Shown here piece by piece: positions 25,953-37,600 of a stretch of DNA of 64,000 nt. The first letter of the stretch is position 1, and the number at the start of each line of letters is the position of its first letter. Made by a program: the position numbers and the translations under genes. The notes beneath the pieces are model-generated. The model made no database searches and was not told the origin of the DNA. It worked only from the letters and a program-made list of their open reading frames with translations. This stretch comes from Rhynchopus sp. YZ270_cl-10 (taxonomy: Eukaryota). The DNA is taken from contig OZ037841.1 of the NCBI GenBank assembly GCA_964035575.1, forward strand, positions 310,001 through 374,000. Direction: 5' to 3'.

Positions 25953-26624
25953 CTACACTTCATCATCGGATGGCTCGGTCGGATCTAGCTTCTTCTTTGC
26001 AGGGGTCTCCTTGCGTTTCATGACGAAGCACAGGACACAGAGAAGAGCGAGGACAGCCATCGACATGGTAGGGCCCTGCGGCAACGTGCCCACTCTGGGC
26101 AGAGGCGTCGTGGGTGGTGGGGTGGGGTGGCGCTGTGCGACGGTCTTGTTTGCAACCTCTGCTGGCGGTGCCTGCGTCTTCTCCGCATCTGCCGTCGTGT
26201 ACTGCACCTTAAACGGCATTTTGCACGACATATCCTCCACAGAACGCCTCGCCTCGATGTAGATCCCATCCGCCATCGCCTCGCTCACCGTCAAATTGAT
26301 AGCCAAATGGACCTGCTCCCCTTGATAGATGAAGGTGGAACCTGCAGAGGAGACCTGCGTTTTGTTCTCATTGGTGTAACACGTGAAGGTGACGTCCACT
26401 GGAGCAATGCAGCTGTGTGTCAAGGTAATGTTCGCATGACTGTAGTATCCACTCGGGCCAAGATGCAGCCACGACGTTCCATCCCCAGTGTTCAGTTGGA
26501 AAACAGAGGAGCGGACCCGTTGCTTCGCCAGCTTCGGAGGATGAGGTGACAAGTGCTCCTGTGCCAACACCGGCGTCCCAAACAATACCAAAAGCACAAC
26601 ACTCAAACGAGGAAAAGCGCTCAT
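25953..26624 (-). CDS. Small predicted type-I membrane protein (223 aa)
   Basis: Signal-peptide-like MSAFPRLSVVLLVLFGTPVLA, beta-rich ectodomain with N-x-T sites, Pro/Thr stalk, TM-like MAVLALLCVLCFVM followed by KRK. Start placed at 26624. Confidence 0.7.
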   Translation of the reverse strand: MSAFPRLSVVLLVLFGTPVLAQEHLSPHPPKLAKQRVRSSVFQLNTGDGTSWLHLGPSGYYSHANITLTHSCIAPVDVTFTCYTNENKTQVSSAGSTFIYQGEQVHLAINLTVSEAMADGIYIEARRSVEDMSCKMPFKVQYTTADAEKTQAPPAEVANKTVAQRHPTPPPTTPLPRVGTLPQGPTMSMAVLALLCVLCFVMKRKETPAKKKLDPTEPSDDEV

Positions 26625-26897
26625 TTTTTTTGGGGTGGTAGGGAGGGGTGGGGTGGGGTGGGGATGGATGTGTGGTGGGGGGGTACGGGGTGCGGGGGGG
26701 AAAAACCTTTTTGAGGTTTTTTGTTGTGTTCTGTTGTGGCGGTGTGGTATTTTTTTTGAGGGGGAAATGGTACACAAAGAGCACATTTTTTGAATATTTT
26801 TTTTGGGCGTTTTGTCCACCCATATAACACAAAAAGGTCTAAGGATCAGTCTATTACACTGATTGGGGATTTTAAAAAAGCGCTCTTTTCTCTCCCT

Positions 26898-29800
26898 TCA
26901 ACTAGAAGACAACCCTGAGAGCTCCGAGCTGTCGGCTCCTTCTTCGAGAGGCGTGTCGTCGCTGTCTGGGCAGAGGCTGCCGGAGTCTGTTGAATCCCCC
27001 ATACGCTGCAGCTGTGTTGCTGTGGGGAGCTGCGCTGTGCCGCCGAAGAGGTGCACACGGCGCACAATGCCACGTGCCCATTGCACATCACTGTCGGAGC
27101 TATACTCATGAACCACACTACCACGTGGACCGCCATCCTCAACGAACGCATCCAACAGTGAACGGTACGATGCTGCTACTGAGCTGGACTCATGGCTCGA
27201 CTCCCCCTCCGTCTCGGAGAACACCGACGACACCGATGCAGGATGTGGTGCAGACACAACGCCGTACGGCCGCTTCATCATCTTCATGATATTCCGTTCA
27301 ACGCCTTCAAACGGGTCGAAGCAAGGCTCCCGCCAGTCCGCTTCCACCTCGGATGAGGGTTCGGGTTCAGAATACGAGACCTCTCCCTCAGTCAGGCCTT
27401 TCAATAGCGCTGCCTGCTCCATCCGCATTGCGTCGCATTGCAACTCTGCCTCGCATAAGTCTAGGTCGTACCAGCGGTGTGCTTTTCTATAGTCCACAGT
27501 GTTGACCGGCTGGAGGGAAGGGGGAGTGGAGACTGAAGCGGCATGGGGTTTGCTCTCAGGGGGCGCTGTTCTGTCTGACGGGGCGCTTCGGTTGCTTCCC
27601 TTCTCCCCACGCAACGCATCCACAGACAGATCGCCGCTTTCTTCTTCCCCTCTTGACAGAGAGGGGGAAGGTGTGTCGCTGTGAGTCTTTGTGTCCTTGC
27701 CGATATCTTCCCCCAAACGCTCTGAGGCAAGAGAGAAAGGGCTGGTTGGTGCATCACATAGGATAGGGCCCAGCATTGCCAAGGCGCTGTCTGCAGAGGA
27801 GGCGGAGGGGGTAGAAGGGGTGTTGTTGTTGTTGTAGTTCTGCAGCCACACCCGGTCCTCTGCAAGGCGTGCCTCGACAGTGGTGGTGAGCAGGGCAAGG
27901 ACTGCTGAGACTGCGGTGCTGCTTGGTGTGTTGTCTGCGTCGGGGTCTGTTTTTTGCTCAATATTTGAGTCCAAAGAATGCGATGAGTGTGAAGGGAGTG
28001 CTGTCAATACTACTGCAGGCTCCTCAGAAATCAGCAGAGGCGATGTTGCTTGCGAAAGAAGTGCTGTACGCGACGTCGTTTCGCACCACACCGGGCTTGT
28101 CTGAGCATCGGCTGTTCTCAGCGGTACTGGGGTTACCTCTACCTCCGTCTGCGTCCCCTCATCTAGCACCACACTGCTTGGTGAAAAGACCTCTGCCGGA
28201 CGCTCTGCAATCTCCGTGGAAGGAAAGAGTGCACCCTTTTCATATGGCACAACATCACCACCTCCATCATCCAAGAAATAAAAGTACTTTTCGACCTGGG
28301 TGTAGGCTCCCTCCTCACCTACAGAGCGGAAGATGCCATCACCACCACTATCACCACCACTACTCCCAGCACTACCACTTTCTCCCGTTTCTATTCCAGA
28401 GGACGCAGATTGTACTGGAGTTTTTTCATCTTGAAAGGTGACTCGGCGGTTGGGGTTGGTGGGGTTTGTATTCCGCCTTTGTGTAGTACTACCCTGAGTA
28501 AGAAGACTTCGAAAACGACGTCTTTTTCTGATTCGTTGTCTCGGAAGGTTATCGTCGTTTTCTGCCCCATCGCTGTGTTGGGGGTGTTGTGAACGGAGCA
28601 CCGCATATCTGCCACGTGGACCCAGAAACCCTTCGTCCTGTAGCAGACAGCATTCGTCGTAGCGCGGGAGGAATGTTTCTTCGTGGGGTTTGGTGATGTG
28701 CCCAGCGTCGATCATGCCGTCAAGCGTATTATCCAATGCGAGGACCGCTTCGTCTGTTAGTGCAGTGCAGACAGCAGGGTTGAGCACAGTACCCTCCTGC
28801 AGTGCTCTCAACGCCCGATTTGTGTAGTCCGGCTCTGCGATCAGCATTGCATTGCGGATGCTCCGCACACTCCGCAGCAACTTCTTCCTCTCCACACGCT
28901 CCCTCCGAACAGAACGGAAGCGAAGCGCATCCCCTTCCCCTTCCCCCTCCTCCGACGAAAAGGTCCCCTCCCTCCTCGAGCAAGAAGAAGAAGAAGGAGA
29001 AGAAGGAGAACGAGACGAGAAGGAAGAGGAGAAAGGGGAGGAAGAGGATCGTGATGAAGATCCTGAAGAGGGATGACTGCGGAAGCTGACGGAGGGTTTT
29101 GCGGAGATGGGGCTGCGGTGGGAGAGGCAGGAGAGGGAAGGGGAGGTAGGATCGTGGAGGGGGATGCCGCGTGCAGCGCATTGCGCCTCTATTGCGGTGA
29201 GGGTAGCTGCCATATGCGAAGCGGATTGCATCTGCAGAATACGGTCTGAAGTGTGGAACGACTCAGCCTCCTTCATTCGTTGGATCGCTCTGGATAGGAC
29301 CCCCCGCACTGCATCGTTCTGCACAGCATCACCATCCTCAGCCTCCAAATACGCATTCAACATATCAACCAATGCTTCGTTGCTTTGCCTGCAATTATCC
29401 GCCACCGCAGCCACCCCTGCGACCTTCGCTGCACCAACCTCTATTGCCTCGCGTCTTTCTCTCCTCCGTTTTTTTCTATCGTTTTCCTCTACAAATGAGT
29501 CCATAGACCTCACAGAGGAATCACTCAAAACAGACTCCTCAACCTGATGCGATACTGAAGTATACGACGATGCGCTTTCATAAGACCGCACAACAGAATG
29601 GCCTGCAACAGAGGGCTCCCGGTAGGGTTCGGTTACATATGACACCGTAGGAGATGCAGGCCAGGCTTCGGAGAGAATGCTGTTATGAGAGAGGACAGTG
29701 CTTTGTGGAGTACCGTGTCTATGTGAGGAACTGACCCGCGCATAAGAAGAGGCAACAACAGAGGACATTGCAGGAGATCGAGGGGGAGGAGGAGGGGCGA

Positions 29801-30581
29801 CGACCCGACCCCTCTTCCCCCCTTTTCGTTCCTTCGGGCGGCGTTGTAGTGCGAACCTTCCTCCTAAATTTCCTAATATCACCGCACCACGTACACACCA
29901 TATAACTGCTCCAAAAGACGGCCGCGAACCAGAAGAAACCGCAACCCTTCCAGGCCAGATATGCCCCCCCAAACTCGGTTTTTTAAACGAACCAACACAC
30001 CATCGAATAAACAGAAGCAACCTTCGTACTATTCTCGACAATTTTGTTGGCAGCTTTGCAGCCGTAGGGAGCTTCAATGCAAAGTCATTTAGGGTATGTT
30101 CTATGAGATTAGGTAGACGTACTGCGATTTGCCGTTTTTCAAGCCCCAAAGGTCCTCCAAAAATTTGATGAAGAATGGCAGTAGCAGGGGTAGTGTCGAG
30201 ATGACGTTCTACCCTAGACTTTGCGTGCACAGCGCCTGAGAGCTTTGAGGCACGAAAAGAATATTCTGCTCTCTTATAAATATGATCGTCGTTCCGTTGT
30301 GTTCTATGGTCTCTGCGGTGGGGTCTTTTCGGCTGCGGAGGTGTTGTAGGTAACCTCTGTGGCGAAGAGTGCATCACCCGGTTGAGTCCCTCCAATACCG
30401 TGGTTAAAGATGCTACCTCTTCTGTAGCGTTGCGTAAGGCGTGTGTGTTTGTCTCCAGGCTGTCTTTGTCTTTGCTATTGTGTGTTGCGTCTACAGCGGC
30501 AAGAACGGTGCGGGAAACAGAGTTTAGCGCATCGGATGCATTATGAAAGACGGAGGTTGCGGAAGGAGTGGAAAGTTGCAT
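26898..30581 (-). CDS. Large Ser-rich, largely low-complexity hypothetical protein (~1227 aa)
   Basis: 3.7-kb uninterrupted ORF co-oriented with the cluster; start placed at MQLSTPS (30581) because the upstream ORF extension runs through a family B repeat. No recognisable domain. Confidence 0.7.
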   Translation of the reverse strand: MQLSTPSATSVFHNASDALNSVSRTVLAAVDATHNSKDKDSLETNTHALRNATEEVASLTTVLEGLNRVMHSSPQRLPTTPPQPKRPHRRDHRTQRNDDHIYKRAEYSFRASKLSGAVHAKSRVERHLDTTPATAILHQIFGGPLGLEKRQIAVRLPNLIEHTLNDFALKLPTAAKLPTKLSRIVRRLLLFIRWCVGSFKKPSLGGHIWPGRVAVSSGSRPSFGAVIWCVRGAVILGNLGGRFALQRRPKERKGGKRGRVVAPPPPPRSPAMSSVVASSYARVSSSHRHGTPQSTVLSHNSILSEAWPASPTVSYVTEPYREPSVAGHSVVRSYESASSYTSVSHQVEESVLSDSSVRSMDSFVEENDRKKRRRERREAIEVGAAKVAGVAAVADNCRQSNEALVDMLNAYLEAEDGDAVQNDAVRGVLSRAIQRMKEAESFHTSDRILQMQSASHMAATLTAIEAQCAARGIPLHDPTSPSLSCLSHRSPISAKPSVSFRSHPSSGSSSRSSSSPFSSSFSSRSPSSPSSSSCSRREGTFSSEEGEGEGDALRFRSVRRERVERKKLLRSVRSIRNAMLIAEPDYTNRALRALQEGTVLNPAVCTALTDEAVLALDNTLDGMIDAGHITKPHEETFLPRYDECCLLQDEGFLGPRGRYAVLRSQHPQHSDGAENDDNLPRQRIRKRRRFRSLLTQGSTTQRRNTNPTNPNRRVTFQDEKTPVQSASSGIETGESGSAGSSGGDSGGDGIFRSVGEEGAYTQVEKYFYFLDDGGGDVVPYEKGALFPSTEIAERPAEVFSPSSVVLDEGTQTEVEVTPVPLRTADAQTSPVWCETTSRTALLSQATSPLLISEEPAVVLTALPSHSSHSLDSNIEQKTDPDADNTPSSTAVSAVLALLTTTVEARLAEDRVWLQNYNNNNTPSTPSASSADSALAMLGPILCDAPTSPFSLASERLGEDIGKDTKTHSDTPSPSLSRGEEESGDLSVDALRGEKGSNRSAPSDRTAPPESKPHAASVSTPPSLQPVNTVDYRKAHRWYDLDLCEAELQCDAMRMEQAALLKGLTEGEVSYSEPEPSSEVEADWREPCFDPFEGVERNIMKMMKRPYGVVSAPHPASVSSVFSETEGESSHESSSVAASYRSLLDAFVEDGGPRGSVVHEYSSDSDVQWARGIVRRVHLFGGTAQLPTATQLQRMGDSTDSGSLCPDSDDTPLEEGADSSELSGLSSS

Positions 30582-32599
30582 TTTGTTTTGATATCGAATA
30601 AGAAAGGTAGAAAGGTGGAGGGGTGTGTAGTGTAGTGGAAGCCTTGTGAGGTGTTTGTTGTGTGAAAAGAGAGGATGTGTTGCAGAGAGAAATGGATTGG
30701 AAAGTGCAAAAATAGGTGGGTGCGAATTCCTTTCATGACAAAAAAAAAAAAGTTGGCTTGAAATACAAAGCCATCTCGTGACAGTGTACCCGGTCATACC
30801 AAGGTACACTATGGACTGAAAGAAAATCTTTCCAGGTTGCTTCGCTGTGGTTTGTGTTGTCTGGTGTTGGCTTTGCCCCCCGGTGATCCCATTCCATAGG
30901 TCGACGGCGACGCCCCTATTGCAGCTGTGAACACAGCGGGTGGGGATGTGGATGTGGATGCGGGCAGTAATCCTTTATAAAAATGGGGGTGTTGCGATTC
31001 TTTTTTTTTTTTGTTGCACTCATTCAGGGTTCAAGTGTGTCCTGTAATACTGGGCCTGGGTCTTGGGAGGGGAGTTTTGAACAAAAAAAATGTCGTTTTT
31101 CGCTCTCTTATTTCATGGATAGACAAAGATCTTTACACCGCAGTCTCAGACATTCTTCTTTTTTTTTTACATCTTGAAAAAAAAGAAAACGTCGTGAAAA
31201 AAATGGGATTCCTTGAAAAATTTTTTTTGCGGAAATCACATCTCATTTTGATATTTATAAAGCAATAGAAGAAAGGGGAAAAAAAAACGGGAACGCAAAA
31301 AAAATAAAATGCAATGGATAATGGGGTTTGAAATGATTCTAAGACAGGCTTAGTCATCTTTCAGAGAGGTGGAAAAAATAAATAAATTCAATGAGTCGTT
31401 GAGACTCAGGGCAGTGGAAGGTATCGGGAGAGGGGGAAAAATGCTGCTGAAAATATACAGGCGCCGATTACCTATGGGGGAAGATGAAGGAGAGGGGGAA
31501 CAGTCAGGTCAAATAAAAAAGGCGAGATAAATCAATGATGTTGAGTCACCTTCGGGCAAATAGTACAATGTCTTCGAAAGACGTATGAGAATTTTTTTGG
31601 GGGGGGAAAACAAAAAAAGTACGCAATAAAAAGAGGAAAAAAAATGAATGAACGAACCAGGAGTTACATTCACATTTACGGAAGAAAAGGGGGGAGAGAA
31701 AGAAAATATAATCAACAAAAAAAAAGGGGGGGGGGGAAGAAATCCCGGGATGCAGTAAAAAGCCCTCAAAAAGGGGGTGTACTGCATTCAATGAGAAATG
31801 GTGGTAAATAAAAATGGAAACTGTTCCAACAACGATAACATAAAAAAATCTAGGTATGATTAGATTTTTTGTCAGGTTTGCTTTTATTTACTTTGCACCA
31901 AAAAAAAAAAGGAACTAGGGAATGGGAGGGGGGAAAAAGCAAACAGAAGAAGAAAAAGAAAAACAAAAACAAAAACATAGTAATACTTTATCCAAGATCA
32001 ATGCACCATGTACTGGGACATTATATGGGATGATTCGTAAAAAGGGGGTACCCCCTATGACGAATCATACCGTATCTATTTTCTTTTGCAAACGGGAAAA
32101 TCAAGGTTACAATTAACAATGTCAATAAAAGTCACTAGTTTTTGTTGGGTTTATATTTCACAAAAATCCCTCACTTTTTGGAGGTGTTCTCATCAAAGGA
32201 ATCAATCAGAAAAAAAAATTTAACCTGATACTGAAAGGGAATGTAAACAAGGAGAAAAATTGAAAAAAAAAAAAAATGACTGGGCGGGCCACAGAAAAAG
32301 ATTTTTGAAAAAAATGTTGTTGGTGAGGTCGGGGGAAGATCGACCTCTATCCTAAAAAAAGAACGAAAGTTGAAATACAAAGCCCTCTCGTGAACAGTGT
32401 ACCCATATAAAAAAAAATCACAATGAAATTACCACATACAACACACACACCCATATGGCTTGAAGAACTACATGAGTTAGGTATTGTATTGTGGACCTTT
32501 CTTCTAAGATGGTATTGGTGATCCGGGAGGGGGTCGATATTGACAGGTCGCTTGACCAAAAGACATTCCGAAAGCACCAGTTATGGATTTAAAGTTTTA

Positions 32600-33186
32600 T
32601 CCCCGCTTGAGACCATGAATTTCACGCCCCTTCACAAAATCGTGAAGGAGGTGCGTGAATTTATTTTCCGGTATTTCACGCTCAAAAAATAAATTCACGC
32701 TCAGAAAAATAAATTCACGCTCAGAAAATAGTAGAACTGAACTCTCGAAAATTTTTTTGGAGGCCTTTGGAGGCCCAATTTTGCAATTAAAGCCAGAAAA
32801 GAGGCATTTTGAGCCATTCTGGGGGTCTCAAACGCATTTTTGAGTTAATTTTCTGTATCACACAAACCACGGATTTACACGTTTTTTTTTCCAAATTTTC
32901 ATCAAAAAATCCCAAATGAGACCTCAAAAACGTGCGAGGGCACCTGTGGAGAGTGAGTCCGACACGAACACAAGTGACTCATCGTCATCGTCTTCCTCAT
33001 CTTCCTCAGAAGTACAGCCGCGTAAGCGCCACAAACCCGCTGCACCAGTTCTGGCTCAAGGCGCTGTCCAGCGCTAAGAGTTCCACATCAAAAAACTGAA
33101 TCAAAAATCATCATAAAAAGAACCACCCCACCCTCTTCTCTTTGTACGTGAAAACGGGTTGTGAAATTCATGGTCTCATTTGGAGA
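32600..33186. mobile_element. TIR element (~587 bp), probable TA TSD, carrying a 53-codon Ser-rich/basic ORF (32916-33077, +)
   Basis: Perfect 18-bp core TGAGACCATGAATTTCAC (32608) / GTGAAATTCATGGTCTCA (33161-33178), imperfectly extendable to TA at 32598-32599 and 33187-33188. ORF reads MRPQKRARAPVESESDTNTSDSSSS...QPRKRHK. Confidence 0.6.
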
Positions 33187-33191
33187 TAAAA

Positions 33192-33356
33192 TAATATATT
33201 TTCGTGAATTTATACCAGTATTTCACTTACAGGTGGAAACAGCCCTCGGGGAAGCATTTTTCCCCTCGGGCTTCGCCCTCGGGAAAAAATGCTTCCCTCG
33301 GGCTGTTTCCACCTGTGCGTGAAATACTGGAAAATAAATTCACGATAATAATATAT
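33192..33356. repeat. ~165-bp near-perfect foldback palindrome
   Basis: TCGTGAATTTAT..CCAGTATTTCAC..ACAGGTGGAAACAGCCC..GGGAAGCATTTTT mirrored around GGGC-TTC-GCCC (~33271). Confidence 0.85.
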
Positions 33357-34627
33357 ATTCCATTTAAAAGAAACTTCTCTCTCTCTCTTTCTCTCCCATC
33401 TGGGACCTGGGGCCCGCAAGTAAGAACAAAGAAAGCAAAGTTTGCACTAATATTTTTTTTTGAACGTCTTCAACCTCGACAATGAGGCAACGTCCATTAA
33501 TCTGTACGAAAAAAGAGCAGATTTTTTTTTTGTAATGTTTGGAATGGGGGGATAACATTAATTTTTTTTGTCATAATTCTGTCACACAAAATCCCTTTTT
33601 TTTATCCCTTTTTCTTGACGGTAGTTGTCACGCAAAAAAAAAAAATAATAATGTCAGGACTTCTTTTTGAAAATAAGTTAGAAGAGCGGTGAATGGCACA
33701 TGGTGTGCGCAATGTATGCCCACTTTCTCTCTTTTATTCCCTTTTTCCCAAAGATTAGTTTTGACATTACCCTTTTTTTTTTGCAATAACAGGGGCGTAA
33801 AGAAAAAAGAACAAAACATCGGAATTTTAGTTTTTTTTTTTTTTTCGTGACAGGCAAAGGGTTTTGTACGGTAAAAGTTGTGGAACATTTTTTTAACAAA
33901 AAACAAAGGTAGTGCAAAGGCCTCTAGGACTCAGGCACTGATACTCCGTGGGTTATCGAACCCCCACGGAGAGTTGGAAAAAAAAAGGGGGGGGCGGGGT
34001 GGGGGAATAGTGGATAGGTTTTACGCAGAGATTCTGAGAGGTGATGCTATACCCGCCTCTCTTGCGTATCGCCTAAGACGTTTTAGTTTTTATTTTTTTT
34101 TTGATAAATTGTTGGAGTAGTGTAGTTGCCTCGGTTGTGTTGCCACAGTTGTGCAATCACCACTGTCTGTTTTTTTAGTGTAGCTGTCAGACAGTCTTCA
34201 CCATTGGAATTGTATGGAAAAAATCAACAAAATACGAATTGTTTGAGTGGTACTAAGCCTCGTTGTGCGTAGTCACCAAAAAAAACGGAAAAGTAAAAGC
34301 AAATGTAAGGGGCAATGGGAATGGGAAGTCTTTTGAAATTTTTCGTTTTTTTTGAAAATTGAAAAATTGATGACGTGTAGACACCTCGCTTTTTTCTCGT
34401 GTGAACTCCATGCATCATATTCTTTTTTGCAAGACTCTAAGATCTGTTTTCTGTCAGGTGTGTTTTTTTTTCTCTCCTTTTTTTGGTAGCTCAAAAAAAA
34501 AAAATAAAACAAAAAAGGTAGATGTGACCATAAAGCGGTCACCCTGCAATGAAACACTTATCACAAATCACGCAAACAATAAGCTACTCAATTATTTTCC
34601 ATTTTTTTTTTTTTTCCCTCTTCAAAA

Positions 34628-37600
34628 TCACATTGCCTGCGCGTAGGCGATGGAATAGAGCCCTGAGGTTGCGATTTTCACTTCAACCTTCTTTACTCCT
34701 GCGGTTGCTGCTGCTTCGGCAGCACGCCCTTGGAAGGATACTGTGCAGTCTGCAGCGACCTCGATCTCCCTGAGGGGTGCGCTGGGTCCATCCCATACTG
34801 GTGCAGCACCGTTGTCTTGGAAGGAGCTGACTGCCTTGATGACAGCTTCTTTTGCGGCCCACTTTGCTGCAAACGCTGCCCTCGGGGACGCAGCCGCAGC
34901 CGCCTCACGTCTCTCCGCATCCGTAAAGTTCCTTTCCAAGAACGTTTCGTTGTCAATCGGAATCGCGTTGAGCACCTCCACATCACAGCCAATCCCCTTC
35001 TGGCTTGATTTCTCTGCGAGCACTGCCTTTTCTGCGTCTCCTGCAGCGGTTCTGTGGATTTTTGGTCCGGTGTAGGATTTGAAGGTGTATTTGCCGGTCT
35101 TTGCGTCGAGCGTGGCGCGAGCGAGGGGGTCCAGGTAGACAGTCTGGGTCTGCTCCTCTGTGTACGGCGGTGCGTCCTTGACCTGGATGAGCTTGCCTCC
35201 GGTGAGCGACTCATGGTAGCGTTTGTAGCTGCTCTCTTGGCGCTGTCCGCGGATGGCCATGTAGCGGTTGTACTGCGCTTCGTCGAGGGATGCAAGGATG
35301 TAGTCGGGGTGGAGGAGCAGGACCTCGCCACCCACCTGGCCGAATCCGAAGGACTTCAGAAGGCATGCCTTGATGTCAACGCGCTTCAGTGTTCTCGAGG
35401 GGAAGTAGAGGTGCTTGAAGTTGCTGAGCTTTTCGTCGACGTTGTCGGCGTTGCGGTTCCCAGGGATGGTCTGGTTTTCAAGCATCTGCAGACATCCGTT
35501 CAGCATCCACGCAGCGGCAGCTCCCTTCGGGTGTCCGGTCAACCACTTCTGGAAGACGGTTGGCAGAACGTTACCGGGGCTTCTTCCAAGGTGTGCGACC
35601 TGGGTGTTGACAACCTCGCTCTCGTTGAGGTCGTTGGCCTGCGTGGAGGTGCCGTGGAAGGAGGCGACGCTGATGTCGTCCACGTTGAGGCCCCATACTG
35701 CGAGCGCCCCACGCAGCGGTGCGATGGAAGGGTTGTTCACAAAGAAGCCCTGCCCGAAGACGTCGAGAGCGGCCTGCTCCTTGCGGCGTGCGCCGTCGCG
35801 GATCTCCTGCAGGCGCTGTGCGGTGACGGCCTCGCGCTCGGCGGTGGGCATCTCCTCAGGGAGGCGCGAGAGCTCCTCCGTCAGGTATTCGTGCTCACCC
35901 TCGACCCAGCGTGCGATGTTGTCGCGCTCCATCTTGATCTGTCTCTTCCTCCAGTCAAAGTCAAGCAGACGCGGTGCCTCCACACCACGCGATTCGCGTG
36001 CAGTCGTCAAAATACCCTGTCCCGGTGCAGGCACAGAGCGTCCCTCCTTGTCCATCGCAGTGTTCGTCAGGGCCACAATTCCGTAGATCGGGACACCCAT
36101 CTCAAAGGCAACCTCAGCCGACATGAGAACGTGCATGCCTGCGCCCTGGGACTCCATGAAGCCAGCACGGCTGGTGGTGGTGGGGCGGGACATCTCGCTG
36201 GGGACGCGCCCCTTGAGGAGTTCTTCGTGAGCGTTGGAGGTGGCCTTCATGTTTGCAAACTCGTAGGATCCCTCCTCGGTGAAGTCGTCGTATCCACCGG
36301 CAATGACGATCTTTGCCTTGCCAGAGAGGATGGTCTCGACTCCGATCTCAACAGATTCGACGGCAGTCGCGCAGGCACCCACTGGGGTCTTGATCGGACC
36401 AGACGCAGACAGCAGCAACAGGTTCACCCACGCCGGCATCACGTTGATGAACGACTCCTGCAGGATGTCGTTCTGCACCGGCTGATCCAAAAACCTCTTC
36501 CTGAAGATGCCCTGCAGCGCACTCATCCCTCCAATCCCTCCTCCAGATGTGTTTCCTACCTCTGTCACGTGCACGTATTTGTAGAACTCATACGGGTCTG
36601 TGATTCCTGATGTGACCAAAGCCTCGACTGTGGAGACGAGGGTGAAGAGGGTCACCGGGTCCACCTGCTGGATGATGTCCTTGGGCAGGCCGTAACGCTC
36701 TGCGTCCCAGCCGGTGGGGAGCTGTCCTGCAACGGTTCTGCTGAAGTTGAGCGCCTTCGGGATGTACATTTGCGCACCCTTCTTGAGGCGTGCCTGCCAC
36801 ACTCCGTCGCCGGTAGGCCAGATGTCGACAGAGTCGCCGTGCTGCAGCTTGAATGCCTTGGCCTCGTCCTCACCGCACTCCACCGCAGCCATGTCTTTGT
36901 CGATCGACACCTGGTGCATGAAGGTCTTCTTCTTTGGGTCGTATCCGTCGTGCAGCTCGGGTTCAACAAAGCGGACGCCAGTGTGGTTGAGGATCTTCTC
37001 TTCAAACTCGGCCTTGATGTCGGTGTCCTTCAGCTGCTTCTTCGACTTCGTGTCGACCCATCCAGAGTACTTCGGGTCCTTCTGGTATGTGATGAAGCCC
37101 ATGACCCACGCAAGCTCGATGCAGCCCTCCAGGGAAAGCTTTCCCTCTGCCTCGATCTGCCAGCGGGTGCGTGCGCTTCCCCATGGACCGACCTCACCGT
37201 AGCCAGTCACGACAACAACCTTGGCAGGGTCGACCATGCCCTTGAGGTGTCCAAGGTCGTGGGAGAGTGTCTCGTAGTTCTTGACCTCCGGGAAGGCGAA
37301 CTGCATGTTGGCACGCACGTTGATGGAAGGGGTCGGGGGCTGCGCTCCCTTGCTGATGCTCTCCTGCTCCTTGTTGTGTTCAGAGGCAACGGCGCTGCGC
37401 TGTGCAGCATCCTCCCTGATGCTTGCCCGCAGGCTGCTGCTGATGTTGTTCAGATCCTGCACGAGGTGCAGTCCTCCGTTCAGGTCCGCCCACACCGGGT
37501 TGTGCTCCGCAAGCTTGACCACATTCGGGTGCATCAGCGACACAAGGTTCAACGCCATCTCAGGAGTCGAGAAGGTACGCACACCCAGCTTCTCGATACC

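Noticed and set aside
30820..30967. GC-rich minus-strand peptide-like segment (LPASTSTSPPAVFTAAIG...)
   Set aside because: Short, no convincing start or splice link to the downstream gene, and no recognisable motif.
33940..33973. GGTTCGA-containing stem-loop as a tRNA gene
   Set aside because: No acceptor stem, D-arm or anticodon arm can be built; treated as part of repeat family D.
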